A DNA stretch of 32,000 nucleotides from assembly GCF_001465295.1 (NCBI RefSeq), contig NZ_CP011034.1:1080001-1112000 (forward strand), read 5' to 3'. Positions 31,146 to 32,000 of the stretch are shown one piece after another. The notes beneath the pieces are model-generated. The model was not told the origin of the DNA, did no database searches, and was given only the letters and a program-made list of their open reading frames with translations. A program made the position numbers and the translations under genes. Numbering within the stretch: position 1 is the first letter of the stretch; the number at the start of each line of letters is the position of its first letter. The DNA is from Pseudoalteromonas translucida KMM 520. Its GTDB lineage: Bacteria > Pseudomonadota > Gammaproteobacteria > Enterobacterales > Alteromonadaceae.

Positions 31146-31622
31146 ATGCTTAATATAATATTAGCGGTAATTATCGCCATATTTTGCTTTTTAATATTTA
31201 AAAACAGCAAAAAAGCCAAACAGCAAGTGGGTATTAACGCGCAAATAGAAGCTGATTTTTTGGCGGCTAATGCAAAAGTAGATGGCGTACAAGAGACCGC
31301 TTCAGGCTTGCAGTACAAAGTATTGCACCAAGGGCAAAGCGATGACAAGCCTAACCCCAAAAGCATGGTTAATGTGCACTACCACGGTACGTTAATAGAC
31401 GGCACAGTATTTGACAGCTCGGTAGAGCGTAAAGCCCCTATTAGCTTTGGTTTACATCAAGTTATTAAAGGGTGGACCGAAGGTCTGCAACTTATGAGCC
31501 CCGGCGATAAGTACCTACTTTATGTACCGCATCAATTGGCCTACGGTGAAAAGCGGGTGGGTAGCATTCCACCGGCATCGCTGCTTATATTTGAAGTTGA
31601 GTTATTGGCTATTGAGTCGTAA
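31146..31622 (+). CDS. FKBP-type peptidyl-prolyl cis-trans isomerase with N-terminal membrane anchor
   Basis: 158 aa with TM helix ILAVIIAIFCFLIF. The FKBP core is VHYHGTLIDGTVFDSS...VIKGWTEGLQLM...YVPHQLAYG. It starts 2 nt after the lon-like stop. Confidence 0.9.
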   Translation: MLNIILAVIIAIFCFLIFKNSKKAKQQVGINAQIEADFLAANAKVDGVQETASGLQYKVLHQGQSDDKPNPKSMVNVHYHGTLIDGTVFDSSVERKAPISFGLHQVIKGWTEGLQLMSPGDKYLLYVPHQLAYGEKRVGSIPPASLLIFEVELLAIES

Positions 31623-31647
31623 TTTTATTTAAAATAATAAATTACTT

Positions 31648-31685
31648 AAGCCCTACTTTTATAAAGTGGGGCTTTTTGCTTTTAG
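31648..31685 (+). terminator. Rho-independent terminator after the FKBP gene
   Basis: Stem aagccctactt paired with aagtggggctt (one G-U pair), loop ttata, then tttgctttt. Confidence 0.8.
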
Positions 31686-31803
31686 CCAGCCTGTAAAGGT
31701 TACTCAAGAATTTTAATCTTAGGTCGATACCTATAATAGTGACAAAGCTATTTTAGGGATAAAATAAGGAAGATTTCACCAACACCCACTGTACACCATA
31801 CAT

Positions 31804-31846
31804 ACAGCCTTAATACTCAGCCTTTAACACAGCCTTTAACACAGCC
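31804..31846 (+). repeat. Short tandem repeat, 12-nt unit CAGCCTTTAACA, about 3.4 copies
   Basis: Direct reading gives acagccttaatact / cagcctttaaca / cagcctttaaca / cagcc. The unit length is a multiple of 3, and it lies in an open frame that runs off the window. Confidence 0.7.
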
Positions 31847-32000
31847 AGGTGAGCAACTTGCTGAAGGCGAGAAAGAAGAAGAGCCAAAATATGTTTTATC
31901 AAAGTTTTTAGACACTAAAGCACAAAAGTACAGTGAAGATAACGCAACGTTTGGCAATCAATATAAAAATCTAGAAAAAGAGTATAAGCACTTTTCAGGG

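Noticed and set aside
28948-31366. Minus-strand ORFs 28948-29223, 29178-29366 and 31067-31366, opposite the Lon-like and FKBP genes
   Set aside because: They are antisense shadows of well-supported plus-strand genes.

Overview
This is a chromosomal window from a low-GC gammaproteobacterium. Gene content and order suggest a marine Alteromonadales or Pseudoalteromonas-like organism, but that is inference only. I found no rRNA, tRNA, CRISPR array, transposase, integrase or phage gene. The window has three parts. (1) 1-9.7 kb holds the 3' end of an HExxH protein and a six-gene group-2 Mrp Na+/H+ antiporter operon (fused mrpA/B, then C, D, E, F, G, translationally coupled). It also holds a copper module: a MerR-type promoter with a 19-bp spacer, a CueR-like regulator, a Cu(I)-type P1B ATPase (copA) and a membrane-anchored cupredoxin-like protein. 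(2) 9.7-15.1 kb is a variable segment. It contains a TIGR02450-like Trp-rich protein, a ~550-bp AT-rich non-coding gap and three tandem paralogous genes for ~70-aa signal-peptide-bearing two-EF-hand proteins. It also contains an M28/PA-domain lipoprotein peptidase, an RRM-type RNA-binding protein, a decaying DUF218/YdcF-like pseudogene and a 239-aa ORFan. (3) 15.1-28 kb is the conserved enterobacterial-type block on the minus strand: leuS-lptE-holA-nadD-rsfS-rlmH-mrdA-mrdB-rlpA-dacA-ybeD-lipB-lipA. It is followed on the plus strand by ybeL, a Lon-like (LonC-type) protease and a membrane-anchored FKBP. I do not see a clear-cut novel multi-gene system such as a defence island. The most interesting items are the triplicated mini EF-hand secreted proteins, a CueR-like regulator whose metal-ligand cysteines appear swapped relative to E. 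coli CueR, the ybeL/Lon-like/FKBP cluster with degenerate Walker motifs and a perfect intergenic hairpin, and the ORFan next to the pseudogene.
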